From Eledone cirrhosa (taxonomy: Eukaryota), in the NCBI GenBank assembly GCA_964016885.1, contig OZ024766.1, forward strand, positions 20,026,001 through 20,090,000: a DNA stretch of 64,000 bases, in the 5' to 3' direction. The notes under the pieces were generated by a model. The model saw only the letters and a list, made by a program, of their open reading frames with translations, searched no databases and was not told the origin of the DNA. This document shows, one piece after another, positions 12,801 to 26,843 of this stretch. A program made the translations under genes and the position numbers. The number at the start of each line of letters is the position of its first letter. Position 1 is the stretch's first letter.

Positions 12801-15296
12801 ATGGAAACTAAATTGAGTGAGAAGAAGATTAAATGTGAAACATTGTCTAGAGATATGGCTATTCCAGAAGAGATACCAAAGTCTAGAGGAGAGAAACCAT
12901 ATCACTGTGATGTCTGTGGTAAATCATTCTCTAAAAGTGGTCAGTTAATTCCACACAAACGTACGCATACAGGAGACAAGCCATACCACTGCGATATCTG
13001 TGGTAAATCATTCTCTCAAAGTAGTCACTTAACTAGACACAAACGTACACATATAGGAGACAAGCCATACCACTGCGATATTTGTGGTAAATCATTCTCT
13101 CAAAGTGGTAACTTAACTAGCCACAAACGTACACATACAAGAGACAAGCCATACCACTGTGATATCTGTGGTAAATCATTCTCTGAGAGTAGTCACTTAA
13201 CTTGCCACAAACGTACCCATACAGGAGACAAGCCATACCACTGTGATATCTGTGGTAAATCATTCTCTTATAGTAGTACCTTAACTAAACACTTGCGTAC
13301 CCATACTGGAGACAAGCCATACCACTGTGATATCTGTGGTAAATCATTCTCTGTATCAAGTAGTTTAACTACACACAAACATACCCATACAGGAGACAAG
13401 CCATACCACTGTGATATCTGTGGTAAATCATTCTTTATAAGTAGTTACTTAACTATACACAAACGTACCCATACAGGAGACAAGCCATACCACTGTGATA
13501 TCTGTGGTAAATCATTCTCTGTAAGTTGTAACTTAACTAGGCACAAACATATACATACAGGAGACGAGCCATACCACTGCAACATCTGTGGTAGATCATT
13601 CTCTGATAGTAATCACTTTACTAGACACAAACGTATACATACAGGAGACAAGCCATACCACTGCGACATCTGTGGTAAATCATTCTCTGTAAGTAGTAAC
13701 TTAACTAAACACTTACGTACCCATACAGGACACAAGCCATACCACTGCGACATCTGTGGTAAATCATTCTCTGTAAGTAGTTATTTAACTAGCCACAAAC
13801 GTATACATACAGGAGACAAGCCATACCACTGCAACATCTGTGGTAAATCATTCTCTCGAAGTAGTAACTTAACTAGCCACAAACATATGCATACAGGAGA
13901 GAAGCCATACCACTGTGATATCTGTGGTAAATCATTCTCTCAAAGTAGTTATTTAACTAGCCACAAACGTATACATACAGGTGACAAGCCATACCACTGC
14001 GACATCTGTGGTAAATCATTCTATATAAGTAGTAACTTAACTAAACACTTACGTATACATACAGGAGACAGGCCATACCACTGTGATATCTGTGGTAAAT
14101 CATTCTATGATAGTAGTACCTTAACTATACACAAACGTACCCATACAGGAGACAAGTCATACCACTGTGATATCTGTGGTAAATCGTTCTCTGTATCAAG
14201 TAGTTTAACTACACACAAACGTACCCATACAGGAGACAAGCCATACCACTGTGATATCTGTGGTAAATCATTCTTTATAAGTAGTTACTTAACTATACAC
14301 AAACGTACCCATACAGGAGACAAGCCATACCACTGTGATATCTGTGGTAAATCATTCTCTGCAAGTAGTTACTTAACTAGCCACAAACATATACATACAG
14401 GAGAGAAGCCATACCACTGTGATATCTGTGGTAAATCATTCTCTGCAAGTAGTTACTTAACTAGCCACAAACATATACATACAGGAGAGAAGCCATACCA
14501 CTGTGATATCTGTGGTAAATCATTCTCTCTAAGTAATGGTTTAACTAGCCACAAACGTATACATACAGGAGACAGGCCATACCACTGCGACATCTGTGGT
14601 AAATCATTCTCTACAAGTAGTAACTTAACTAGACACAAACGTATACATACAGGAGACAGGCCATACCACTGTGATATCTGTGGTAAATCATTCTCTGATA
14701 GTAGTACCTTAACTACACACAAACGTACCCATACAGGAGACAAGTCATACCACTGTGATATCTGTGGTAAATCGTTCTCTGTATCAAGTAGTTTAACTAC
14801 ACACAAACGTACCCATACAGAAGACAAGCCATACCACTGTGATATCTGTGGTAAATCATTCTTTATAAGTAGTTACTTAACTATACACAAACGTACCCAT
14901 ACAGGAGACAAGCCATACCACTGTGATATCTGTGGTAAATCATTCTCTGCAAGTAGTTACTTAACTAAACACTTACGTACCCATACAGGAGACAAGCCAT
15001 ACCACTGTGATATCTGTGGTAAATCATTCTTTATAAGTAGTTACTTAACTATACACAAACGTACCCATACAGGAGACAAGCCATACCACTGTGATATCTG
15101 TGGTAAATCATTCTCTGCAAGTAGTTACTTAACTAAACACTTACGTACCCATACAGGAGACAAGTCATACCACTGTGATATCTGTGGTAAATTATTCTCT
15201 GTATCAAGTAGTTTAACTAGACACAAATATACCCATAACCAAAAAAATATCTCATTGTCTGACAATGGTGAATTAAACACAAATACATTCATATGA
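12801..15296 (+). CDS. C2H2 zinc-finger protein, 831 aa, 28 fingers, altered C-terminus
   Basis: 33-aa leader plus 28 fingers. A 16-bp deletion at the end extends the frame by [19 protein letters not shown]. Confidence 0.93.
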   Translation: METKLSEKKIKCETLSRDMAIPEEIPKSRGEKPYHCDVCGKSFSKSGQLIPHKRTHTGDKPYHCDICGKSFSQSSHLTRHKRTHIGDKPYHCDICGKSFSQSGNLTSHKRTHTRDKPYHCDICGKSFSESSHLTCHKRTHTGDKPYHCDICGKSFSYSSTLTKHLRTHTGDKPYHCDICGKSFSVSSSLTTHKHTHTGDKPYHCDICGKSFFISSYLTIHKRTHTGDKPYHCDICGKSFSVSCNLTRHKHIHTGDEPYHCNICGRSFSDSNHFTRHKRIHTGDKPYHCDICGKSFSVSSNLTKHLRTHTGHKPYHCDICGKSFSVSSYLTSHKRIHTGDKPYHCNICGKSFSRSSNLTSHKHMHTGEKPYHCDICGKSFSQSSYLTSHKRIHTGDKPYHCDICGKSFYISSNLTKHLRIHTGDRPYHCDICGKSFYDSSTLTIHKRTHTGDKSYHCDICGKSFSVSSSLTTHKRTHTGDKPYHCDICGKSFFISSYLTIHKRTHTGDKPYHCDICGKSFSASSYLTSHKHIHTGEKPYHCDICGKSFSASSYLTSHKHIHTGEKPYHCDICGKSFSLSNGLTSHKRIHTGDRPYHCDICGKSFSTSSNLTRHKRIHTGDRPYHCDICGKSFSDSSTLTTHKRTHTGDKSYHCDICGKSFSVSSSLTTHKRTHTEDKPYHCDICGKSFFISSYLTIHKRTHTGDKPYHCDICGKSFSASSYLTKHLRTHTGDKPYHCDICGKSFFISSYLTIHKRTHTGDKPYHCDICGKSFSASSYLTKHLRTHTGDKSYHCDICGKLFSVSSSLTRHKYTHNQKNISLSDNGELNTNTFI

Positions 15297-15820
15297 GAAG
15301 CCATGCCACTGTGCTGTTCTCTTTCATTGCTACTTAACTTCATACAAACATATATATACTGGAGAAAAGCCAATCACTGTAATATTTGTGGCAAATTGTT
15401 ATCCATGATAGCTTGTTCAATTAGACACAAACATATACATACAGGAGAGAAACCATATCACTGTGATATCTGTGGGAAATCATTCTCTGAAATAACTCAC
15501 TTCATTCGGCACTAACATTTACAGGAGAGGAACTATATCACTGTGATGTCTGCAGTAAATAATTCTCTAAATGTTGTGGCTTCACTAGACACTAACATTT
15601 ACAGGAGAGGAACTATATCACTGTAATGTCTGCAGTAAATTATTGTCTAAATGTTGTGGCTTCACTACACACTAACATATACAGGAGAGGAACTATATCA
15701 CTGTGATGTCTGTGGTAAATCATTGTCTAAATGTTGGGGCTTCACTAGACACTAACATATACAGGAGATGAACTATATCACTGTGATGTCTGTGGTAAAT
15801 CATTCTCTTGTAAAGATTAC
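15297..15820 (+). pseudogene. Degenerate 3' zinc-finger repeats (about 4 x 80-bp unit)
   Basis: Paralogous to 7522-8175. Confidence 0.8.
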
Positions 15821-17904
15821 TTAATGCAACACAATCAGACAAGATAAAAACCATACCACTCACCCAAAATAGTGCCACCAATGTTAATATTTTCAATAAA
15901 ACTTTTACTAAGAAAATCTTCTCCTTTCATTTTATTTGTAGAAGTTGTAACCAAGACTTGTGCTGACAAATCTGTATCGTTCAGAATTTACACACGCTAT
16001 ATATATGTGAATGTATGTGTGTAGAAATTTGTGTCCCCTTTTGTTTGTTGCATATGTAGTGGATAAATGTATTCTTCTGTGTATGAATGATAAAAAGAAT
16101 AATGCCAGAATTGTGATGTTGACAATGTTTATTTTACAATAACAATATTAACTTGTTGCTACATTGAATATCAAGTAATAAAAATTGTGACAGGAATTAT
16201 CACTACATCAATTTGCTGACTAGCTACTTCGAGCTAGCGTGTATGTATGTATCAATACAATGATACACGAGAAGTGATTCAACAGGAAGACAAAGAATAG
16301 ATAAAACCCAGAAGTAAACAGTATAATGAAACCTACTGAGTGTGTGTGTATCCTTAGTATTTGTTATTCCTCTCAAGGACTGCTGCTTCGGTCTCTCTTG
16401 TTTGGTGGTGTAGTCTGTGGCCAAGAAGGTGAGAGCCAGTAAGGCCAGGAGAGAGAGATAGAGTAAAAGGTCAGTAGAAGTCTGTAGACCCCAAGAGGTC
16501 TGTAGAATGTGCATGTTTCATATCGTTATTCTCTTAAGGACTACTGCTTCGTGGTCTGGCTGCTGGATTCCCTTTGTACTTGTATTTATAATAACCCTAT
16601 AGCTAGAAGGATGTGTATACGGGGTTGATTTATGAGTAGCCATGTGAGGTTCAGCTATCTTGAAGCTGGGGTCACAGGTCAAGTGGCATGTATGGTTATC
16701 ATTGTTGTCTCTTGACTAAATTCTTCACTGTATTCATTGGTAATTCTATATATATATTTATATATATACACATATTTATGTGTATATATATATACACATA
16801 TTTATGTGTATGTATATATATATTTATACACATATTTATGTGTATATATATATAACGAAGGAAATGTGGTAAGAAACCAGGTGGACCATAACGCACCAAA
16901 GTACTCAATACTTAGGGTAGTAGAGTGGGTAATAGGAACAAGTAAGACCCCGGGGGTCTTACTTGTTCCTATGTGTATATATATATATATACACATATTT
17001 ATTTGTATGTATATATATATATATACACATATTTATGTGTATATATATATATATTTACTACTCCACATTCTTCGTCTAAGTATAATTTGTAATGTTATTT
17101 ACAAAACTAGGAAGAAAATAATTCTTGAGATATTCACTGCGAACCTGTACTTTCTCTATATCCTTTTCGGACCTGGTGTGGATATATATATATATATATA
17201 TATATACGTATATATTTTTTTATCTATTTCATATTTGTGCTATTTGTAATGTTATTAATACAACCAGGAATAAAATAATTCTTACTCTAAACCTTATCAT
17301 TTACTGCGAGCCTGTAATGTCTTTATTTCCTGTCCCTGCCCCACCTACTTTCGTTCATTCATTAATTTACTTCAAACTCAATCAATTCCTGTCTCTTTCT
17401 TCTATATTTTATATTTTCAAGGTATTTCAACAATTTTTATCTGTTTTACGTTTCTTTCATTAATTTATTCCGTTTTATATTTAAAATATTTCTGACTAAT
17501 TTTTCCCGTATTTTCTGCCTAATACTTATATACTTTATATATATAAAGTATATATATATAAATATATATATATAAAGTATATATATATATATAAAGTATA
17601 TATATATATATAAAGTATATATAAATATATGTCTATATATATATATATATGTATTCATGTATATGTGCATATATATATATGTGTATATATATTGTATATA
17701 TACATACATACATACGTTATACATACTAGACAAGATAATACACCTTCACATCTGATATAAGAATACGGATAGGCTATGTAGCCGGTAAAACCAAAAGGGG
17801 TGAAACACATATTGCTATAGTGTTTCACCAGCTCTTCCTCAATCATTCATAGATGTGAGTGTATATAATAATTATTTTGTATAATGTGTCTATAAATATA
17901 TATG

Positions 17905-18105
17905 AGTAGATGTGTGTATAACTCTGTAGATGTGTGTGTAACTCTGTAGATGTGTGTGGAACTCAGTAGATGTGTGTGGAACTCAGTAGATGTGTGTGGA
18001 ACTCAGTAGATGTGTGTGTAACTCAGTAGATGTGTACATAACTCAGTAGATGTGTACATAACTCAGTAGATGTGTGTATAACTCAGTAGATGTGTGTGTA
18101 ACTCA
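17905..18105. repeat. 20-bp minisatellite, about 10 copies (unit 3)
   Basis: Same monomer. Confidence 0.93.
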
Positions 18106-19396
18106 AATAATTGTCCCCCAGTGTCACTTTTTTCTGAAATAATCGTACCCCACCCTCGCTTAGGTCTGAAATAATTGTCCCCTACCCTCGCTTAGGTCTC
18201 AAATAATTTTCCCCCACCCTCACTCATTTAATTTTCAGATTTTTTACACCACCACTCCACTGTTAATTCACCCCACCCATTTAAAATAAATAGGATGGGT
18301 TGTTGTCTCATTATGTAAACTAAATGACTAATTCTGGTTTTCTATCTCTTGTGAAATTTATATGTATATATATATATGTATAGATATACAAATATCTATG
18401 CATATGTATATATATATAAATATATATATGTATGTATATGAGCTCTTAACACCAGTAAAATAACCTCTCTAGTGACATAAACAATACACCCAGTCCTTGC
18501 TGTAAAGTGGTTGATGAGTGGAAAGGCATCCAAACAGAAAAGAAAAAAAATAGCGCTAAAATTATGGAAAGCCCTACGAATAAAAACTCTTACAAATTGT
18601 GTCTACAAGCCTAACACAAGTCATGTTATTGGGGTGCCTAGGGTAGCCATGTGTTAGAATCCTTTGACTGTTACCAAGCAATTACACAGCACTTTTCCCC
18701 TTCCAGGTAGAAAGAACTGTTACTCAAGGAACTGTCAAGTTACACATCTCGGGTCTCAGACAATTACCATGTTAGAATGTCATATAAGAATGAAGTTCTT
18801 GGGTAAAGGCTATAGAGCAGACCTCCCAAAAGTTAGAAGGATATAGTTTATAGAGCATCGTGGAATATCACTGATTACGTTGGAGAGAATAACTCTGGAC
18901 AGGAAAGTTGATATCTGGTTTATCAATATAGAAATATAAAATTTCCAATGTTAAATCTATCTCTGTTTCTAAAGTATTCTTTATTATCTCATACTGTTTC
19001 TTATTTCAGAATATCAGATGACATTGGGATAAAATTCTTTTTTTATCTTGAATACATCCCCTTTATTTATCATCCTTTCAAGACTAAAGCTTTTCATACA
19101 GAACTCATATAACACTGTTTATATAAATCTATGGCAGAATTAGTGTGAAATATTTCCTCAGAACTGTGCGTCTTGGAAAAATTCTTGGAAAAGCATTGTT
19201 TTATCAGCATCTGAAATATTTACAAGATGATTTTGAATCTTAACTAAACTTGGATCAGAAAGAAGTTTGCATCATCTTCAGATCTTGACTGAGATCACCG
19301 TTGCCGGAAATATAGCAGAAGAAATATCTTCAGGAATATAATATATAAAATAAGACAAGAATAACATCTGTAAATTCTGCCAAGGGAAGAAGAAAC

Positions 19397-21514
19397 ATGG
19401 AAAATAAATTGAGTGAGAAGAAGATTAAATGTGAAACATTGTCTAAAGATATGGCTATTCCAGAAGAGATGTCAAAGTCTAGAGGAGGGAAACCATATCA
19501 CTGTGATGTCTGTGGTAAATCATTCTCTAAAAGTGGTCAGTTAATTCCACACAAACGTACGCATACAGGAGACAAGCCATACCACTGTGTTGTCTGTGGT
19601 AAATCATTCTCTTATAGTAGTCACTTAACTAAACACTTACGTACCCATACTGGAGAGAAGCCATACCACTGTGATATCTGTGGTAAATCATTCTCTGAGA
19701 GTAGTCACTTAACTAAACACTTACGTACCCATACTGGAGAGAAGCCATACCACTGTGATATCTGTGGTAAATCATTCTCTGAGAGTAGTCACTTAACTAA
19801 ACACTTACGTACCCATACTGGAGAGAAGCCATACCACTGTGATATCTGTGGTAGATCATTCTCTGAGAGTAGTACCTTATCTAGACACAAACGTACCCAT
19901 ACAGGAGACAAGCCATACCACTGTGATATCTGTGGTAAATCATTCTCTGTAAGTAGTAACTTAACTAAACACTTACGTACCCATGCAGGAGACAAGCTAT
20001 ACCACTGTGATATCTGTGGTAAATCATTCTCTGTAAGTAGTAGCTTAACTAAACACGTACGTACCCATATTGGAGACAAGCCATACCACTGCGATATCTG
20101 TGGTAAATCATTCTCTCGGAGTAGTAACTTAACTAGGCACAAACATATACATACAGGAGACAGGCAATACCACTGCAACATCTGTGGTAAATCATTCTCT
20201 GATAGTAATCACTTAACTATACACAAACGTATACATACAGGAGACAAGCCATACCACTGCGACATCTGTGGTAAATCATTCTCTGTAAGTAGTAACTTAA
20301 CTAAACACTTACGTACCCATACAGGAGACAAGCCATACCACTGCGACATCTGTGGTAAATCATTCTCTGTAAATAGTAACTTAACTAAACACTTACGTAC
20401 CCATACAGGAGACAAGCCATACCACTGTGATATTTGTGGTAAATCATTCTCTGATAGTGGTACCTTAACTATACACAAACGTATACATACAGGAGACAGG
20501 CCATACCACTGTGATATCTGTGGTAGATCATTCTCTGAGAGTGGTAACTTAACTAGACACAAATATACCCATACAGGAGACAAGCCATACCACTGTGATA
20601 TCTGTGGTAAATCATTCTCTCATAGTAGTACCTTAACTAGCCACAAACCTACCCATACTGGAGACAAGTCATACTACTGTGATATCTGTGGTAAATCATT
20701 CCTTATAAGTAGTTACTTAACTATACACAAACGTACCCATACTGGAGACAAGCCATACCACTGTGATATCTGTGGTAAATCATTCTCTCGAAGTAGTCAC
20801 TTAACTAGACACAGACGTATACATACAGGAGACAAGCCATACCACTGCGATATCTGTGCTAAATCATTCTCTGAAAGTAGTAACTTAACTATACACAAAC
20901 GTACCCATACAGGAGACAGGCCATACCACTGTGATATCTGTGGTAAATCATTCTCTCATAGTAGTACCTTAACTAGCCACAAACCTACCCATACTGGAGA
21001 CAAGTCATACCACTGTGATATCTGTGGTAAATCATTCTCTGCAAGTAGTTACTTAAATCAACACTTACGTACCCATACTGGAGACAAGCCATACCACTGT
21101 GATATCTGTGGTAAATCATTCTCTGCAAGTAGTTACTTAAATCAACACTTACGTACCCATACTGGAGACAAGCCATACCACTGTGATATCTGTGGTAAAT
21201 CATTTTCTGCAAGGAGTTACTTAAATCAACACTTACGTACCCATACTGGAGACAAGCCATACCACTGTGATATCTGTGGTAAATCATTCTCTCAAAATAG
21301 TCACTTAACTAGACACAGACGTATACATACAGGAGACAAGCCATACCACTGCGATATCTGTGGTAAATTATTCTCTGTAAGTAGTAACTTAACTCAACAC
21401 TTACATACCCATACAGGAGACAAGTCTTACCACTGCGATATCTGTGGTAAATTATTCTCTGTATCAAGTAGTTTAACTAGACACAAATATACCCATATGG
21501 GTGAGAACCTATAA
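19397..21514 (+). CDS. C2H2 zinc-finger protein, 705 aa, 24 fingers
   Basis: 33 + 24 x 28 aa, ending KYTHMGENL. Confidence 0.93.
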   Translation: MENKLSEKKIKCETLSKDMAIPEEMSKSRGGKPYHCDVCGKSFSKSGQLIPHKRTHTGDKPYHCVVCGKSFSYSSHLTKHLRTHTGEKPYHCDICGKSFSESSHLTKHLRTHTGEKPYHCDICGKSFSESSHLTKHLRTHTGEKPYHCDICGRSFSESSTLSRHKRTHTGDKPYHCDICGKSFSVSSNLTKHLRTHAGDKLYHCDICGKSFSVSSSLTKHVRTHIGDKPYHCDICGKSFSRSSNLTRHKHIHTGDRQYHCNICGKSFSDSNHLTIHKRIHTGDKPYHCDICGKSFSVSSNLTKHLRTHTGDKPYHCDICGKSFSVNSNLTKHLRTHTGDKPYHCDICGKSFSDSGTLTIHKRIHTGDRPYHCDICGRSFSESGNLTRHKYTHTGDKPYHCDICGKSFSHSSTLTSHKPTHTGDKSYYCDICGKSFLISSYLTIHKRTHTGDKPYHCDICGKSFSRSSHLTRHRRIHTGDKPYHCDICAKSFSESSNLTIHKRTHTGDRPYHCDICGKSFSHSSTLTSHKPTHTGDKSYHCDICGKSFSASSYLNQHLRTHTGDKPYHCDICGKSFSASSYLNQHLRTHTGDKPYHCDICGKSFSARSYLNQHLRTHTGDKPYHCDICGKSFSQNSHLTRHRRIHTGDKPYHCDICGKLFSVSSNLTQHLHTHTGDKSYHCDICGKLFSVSSSLTRHKYTHMGENL

Positions 21515-22000
21515 CCAAAAAAATATCTCATTTTCTGAAAATGGTGAATTAAACACAAATACATTCATATGAGAAGCCATGCCACTGTGCTATTCTCTTT
21601 CATTGCTGCGTTAACTTCATGCAAACATATATATACTGGAGAAAAGCCATATCACTGTAATATTTGTGGTAAATTGTTATCCATGATAGCTTGTTCAACT
21701 AGACACAAGCATATACATACAGGAGAGAAACCATATCACTGTGATATCTGTGGGAAATCATTCTCTGAAATAACTCACATCATTCGGCACTAACATTTAC
21801 AGGAGAGGAACTATATCACTGTGATGTCTGGTAAATCCTTCTCTAAATGTTGTGGCTTCACTAGACACTAACATTTACAGGAAAGGAACCATATCACTGT
21901 GATATCTGCAGTAAATCATTGTCTAAATGTTGGGGCTTCACTACACACTAACATATACAGGAGAGGAACTATATCACTGTGATGTCTGTGGTACATCATT
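21515..22000 (+). pseudogene. Degenerate 3' zinc-finger repeats
   Basis: Paralogous to 7522-8175. Confidence 0.8.
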
Positions 22001-23439
22001 CTCTTGTAAAGGTTACTTAATGGAACACAATCAGACAAGATAAAAACCATATCACTCACCCAAAATAGTGCCACCAATGTTAATATTTTGAATAAAACTG
22101 TTTTACTAAGAAATTCTTCTTTCATTTTATTTGTAGAAGTTGTAACCAAGACTTGTGCTGACAAATCTGTATCGTTCAGAATTTCCATACGCTATATATA
22201 TGTGAATGTATGTGTGTAGAAATTTGTGTCCCCTTTTGTTTGTTGCATATGTAGTGGATAAATGTATTCTTTTGTGTATGAATGATAAAAAGAATAAAGC
22301 CAGAATTGTGATGTTGACAATGTTTATTTTACAATAACAATATTAACTTGTTGCTACATTGAATATCAAGTAATAAAATTTGTGACAGGAATTATCACTA
22401 CATCAATTTGCTGACTAGCTACTTCGAGCTAGCGTGCATGTATGTATCAATACAACGACACAAGAGAAGTGATTCAACAGAAAGACAAAAGAATAGATAA
22501 AACCCAGAAGTAAACAGTATAATGAAACTTACTGAGTGTGTGTGTATCCTTAGTATTTGTTATTCCTCTCAAGGACTGCTGCTTCGGTCTCTCTTGTTTG
22601 GTGGTGTAGTCTGTGGCCAAGAAGGTGAGAGCCAGTAAGGCCAGGAGAGAGAGATAGAGTAAAAGGCCTGTAGACGTCAGTAGAAGTCTGTAGACACCAA
22701 GAGGTCTGTAGAACGTGAATGTTTCATATCGTTATTCTCTTAAGGACTACTGCTTCGTGGTCTGGCTGCTGGATTCCCTTTGTACTTGTATTTATAATAA
22801 CCCTATAGCTAGATGTGTATACAGGGTTGATTTATGAGTAGCCATGTGAGTTTCAGCTATCTTGAAGCTGGGGTCACAGGTCAAGTGGCATGTATGTTCA
22901 TCATTGTTGTCTCTTGACAGGACAATGGTGAGAAACTCGCAACGATAGGTGGTCCCAGATGCGAGAAGTTTTAGATTCGGTTTTGAATCTTCGCCAGGTA
23001 ATTTATAGGAGAATTCCGTTACACATCTATTAATGACATAGATGGCAACTTAAAGAGTGTCACAGTACTGAAATATGCAGATGACATCAAGCTGTCCCTT
23101 GAGATAAAAAGGACAGATCCTGAACACTATAGATCTGGACACAATGCAGCAATGGACCACGGACTGGCAACTCAAGCTGGCTGTGTACATGTGTACAACC
23201 ATGCATTTATCTATCTATTTAAAGCTGTATATAGCTATGGTGCGGCCACACTTAGAATTTGCATTACCAGTCTGGAACCCCTATCTTGCTCAGATCATTG
23301 ATCTGGAAATTGTTTAGAGACGTGCAACCAAGTGAATACGCTCCATCAACCATCTACCATACTCTGAATGCCTTGCCTCCCTGGGTATGGATACATTGAA
23401 GGTCCGACGTCTGGAACTTGCTACTTATTGCACCTGAGC

Positions 23440-23865
23440 ATCAGCCACATATAAAATCTACTTTCTTAGATAGCTGGCCTGTGTTCCCAGTACGTCTGTT
23501 ATGTACCCATAGTTTGTATTTGGGACATAAAATGGAATTTCTACCTACTCCTTTCCTACACACTGAACATGGCCATTTCCCAGAGGGCACCTGTGCCCTA
23601 TTTTCCTTCCTACATACTAGAACTTTAGTCTTAGACAAGTTAACTTTAAGGCCTTTTGATTCTAGGCCATGCTTACATGTTTGGAATTTCTTATCTAGTT
23701 CAGCTGTTAGATCATCTGTGTATCGAAGTTCCCATGGGCAGCCTGTCTTAAACTCCTCTGTTTTAGCCTGAAGGGCAATAATAAATAGGAGGGGGCTAAG
23801 GACAGTGCCTTGATGAACACCAACTTTTATACTAAATTCTTCACTGTATTCATTGGTAATTCTAT
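23440..23865 (-). mobile_element. RTE-type LINE RT fragment
   Basis: ORF 23441..23881: GVHQGTVLSPLLFII...YTDDL...GLKVNLSKTKVL. Confidence 0.87.
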
Positions 23866-24082
23866 ATATATATATATACAAATTTATGTGTATATATATA
23901 TATATAGAAATTTATGTGTATATATATATATATATACACATATTTATGTACATATATATATTTACTACACCACATTCTTCGTCTAAGTATAATTTGTAAT
24001 GTTATTTACAAAACTAGGAATAAAATAATTCATGAGATATTCACTGCGAACCTGTACTTTCTCTATATCTCTTTTGGACCTG

Positions 24083-24119
<37 letters not shown>

Positions 24120-24121
<2 letters not shown>

Positions 24122-24327
24122 AAAGTACTATTAAAATTGTTGGGATACAACAAACAAATATTTTTATAACTGAATATAAAGCACTCAACAAGTATTTGGA
24201 GTAAACATACGATATTAACAAATGGAAACTATATTTATAAAATCATATCTATTTTATGATACATATTTGAAATATGTATAATAAAATAGATATGGTTTTA
24301 TAAATATAGTTTTCATTTGTTAATATC
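24120..24327 (-). mobile_element. Penelope-like pLTR fragment with a 117-bp imperfect palindrome (24211-24327)
   Basis: Arms are homologous to the 40681-40978 palindrome and the centre is catattt-g-aaatatg. Duplicated at 30665-30871. Confidence 0.55.
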
Positions 24328-24461
24328 ATATATATATATATCTGTGTATATATTTTTTTATCTATTTGATATTTGTAATGTTATTTATGCAACCAGGAAT
24401 AAAATAATTCTTGAGATATTCACTGCGAACCTGTACTTTCTCTATATCTTTTTCGGACATG

Positions 24462-24529
<68 letters not shown>

Positions 24530-24871
24530 CGTATATATTTTTTTATCTATTTCATATTTGTGATATTTGTAATGTTATTTATACAACCAGGAATAAAATA
24601 ATTCTTACTCTAAACCTTACCATTCACTGCGAGACTCTACTGTCTTTACTTCCTGTTCCTGCCCCACCTACTTTCGTTCATTCATTAATTTACTTCAAAC
24701 TCAATCAATTCCTGTCTCTTTCTTCTATATTTTATATTTTCAAGGTATTTCAACAATTTTTATCTGTTTTACGTTTCTTTCATTAATTTATTCCGTTTTA
24801 TATTTAAAATATTTCTGACTAATTTTTCCCGTATTTTCTGTCTAAATATTTATATACTTTATATATATAAA

Positions 24872-24949
<78 letters not shown>

Positions 24950-25259
24950 ATATATATATATAAAGTATATATAAATATGTATATATAAATATATATGTAT
25001 ATATATATGTATTCATGTATATATGCATATATATATGTGTATATAGATTGTATATATACATTATACATACATTATACATACTAGACAAGATAATACACCT
25101 TCACATCTGATATAAGAATACGGATAGGGTATGTAGCCGGTAAAACCAAAAGGGGTGCAACATACATATTGCTATAGTGTTTCACCAGCTCTTCCTCAAT
25201 CATTCATAGATGTGAGTGTATATAATAATTATTTTGTATAATGTGTCTATAAATATATA

Positions 25260-25445
25260 TGAGTAGATGTGTGTGTAACTCTGTAGATGTGTGTGTAACT
25301 CAGTAGAAAGTGTGTATAACTCTGTAGATGTGTGTGTAACTCAGTAGATGTGTATGTAACTCAGTAGATGTGTATGTAACTCAGTAGATGTGTATGTAAC
25401 TCAGTAGATGTGTGTGTAACTCAGTAGATGTGTGTGTAACTCAAA
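25260..25445. repeat. 20-bp minisatellite, about 9 copies (unit 4)
   Basis: Same monomer. Confidence 0.93.
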
Positions 25446-25656
25446 TAATTGTCCCCTACAATCGCTGAGGTGTCAAATAATTTTCCCCCACCCCCACTCA
25501 TCTAATTTTCAGATTTAATACACCACCACCCCACTCTTAATTCACCCCACCCATTTAAAATAAATAGGATGGGTTGTGATCTCATTATGTAAACTAAATG
25601 ACCAATTCTGGTTTTCTATGTCTTGTGAAATTTATATGTATATATATATGTATATA

Positions 25657-25837
25657 ACGAAGGAAATGTGGTAAGGAACCAGGTGGACCATAACGCACCA
25701 AAGTACTCAATACTTAGGGTAGTAGAGTGGGTAATAGGAACAAGTAAGACCCTGACGGCTGAGCTCAAGCCGTTTCGACGGCTAATTCGCCGTCGAAATG
25801 GCTTGAGCTCAGCCGTCGGGGTCTTACTTGTTCCTAT
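25657..25837 (-). mobile_element. Penelope-like pLTR fragment with a 49-bp-arm hairpin containing the 3' half of an HHR
   Basis: Arms 25734-25782 and 25789-25837, 2 mismatches, 6-nt loop. Minus strand reads GAAA-CGGC-ttgagctca-GCCG-TC. Confidence 0.6.
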
Positions 25838-26843
25838 ATATGTATAGATATATAAATATCTATGCATATGTATATATAAGAGCTCTTAAGACCATTAAAA
25901 TAACCTCTCTAGTGACACAAACAATACACCTAGTCCTTGCTGTAAAGTTGCTGATGAGAGGAAAGGCATCCAAACAGAAAAGAAAAAAAATAGCGCTAAA
26001 ATTATGGAAAACCCTACGAATTAAAATTTCTAATAATTGTGTCTACAAGCCTAACACAAGTCATGTTATTGGGGTGCCTAGGGTAGCCTTGTGTGAGAAT
26101 CCTTTGACTGTTACCAAGCAATTACACAGCACTTTTCCCCTTCCAGGTAGAAAGAACTGTTACTCAAGGAACTATCAAGTTACACATCTCAGGTCTCAGA
26201 CAATTACCATGTTAGAATGTCATATAAGAGTGAAGTTCTTGGGTAAAGGGTATAGGGCAGACCTCCCAAAAGTTAGAAGGATATAGTTTATAGAGCATCA
26301 TGGAATATCACTGCTTACATTGGAGAGAATAACTCTGGACAGGAAAGTTGATATCTACAGTTTATCAATATAGAAATATAAAATTTCCAATGTTAAATCT
26401 ATCTCTGTTTCTAAAGTATTCTCTATTATCTCATACTGTTTCTTTCTTATTTCAGAATATCAGATGACATTGGGATAAAAAAAGATTTTTAATCTTGAAT
26501 ACATCCCCTCTATTTATCATCATTTCAAGACTAAAGCTTTTGATACGGAACTCATATAACACTGTTTATATAAATCTATGGCAGAATTAGTGTGAAATAT
26601 TTCCTCAGAACTGTGTGTCTTGGAAAAATTCTTGGAAAAGTATTGTTTCATCAGCATCTGAAATATTTACAAGATGATTTTGAATCTTAACTAAACTTGG
26701 ATCAGAAAGAAGTTTGCATCATCTTCAGATCTTGACTGAGATCACCGTTGCCGGAAATATAGCAGAAGAAATATCTTCAGGAATATAATATATAAAATAA
26801 GACGAGAATAACATCTGTAAATTCTGCTAAGGGAAGAAGAAAC

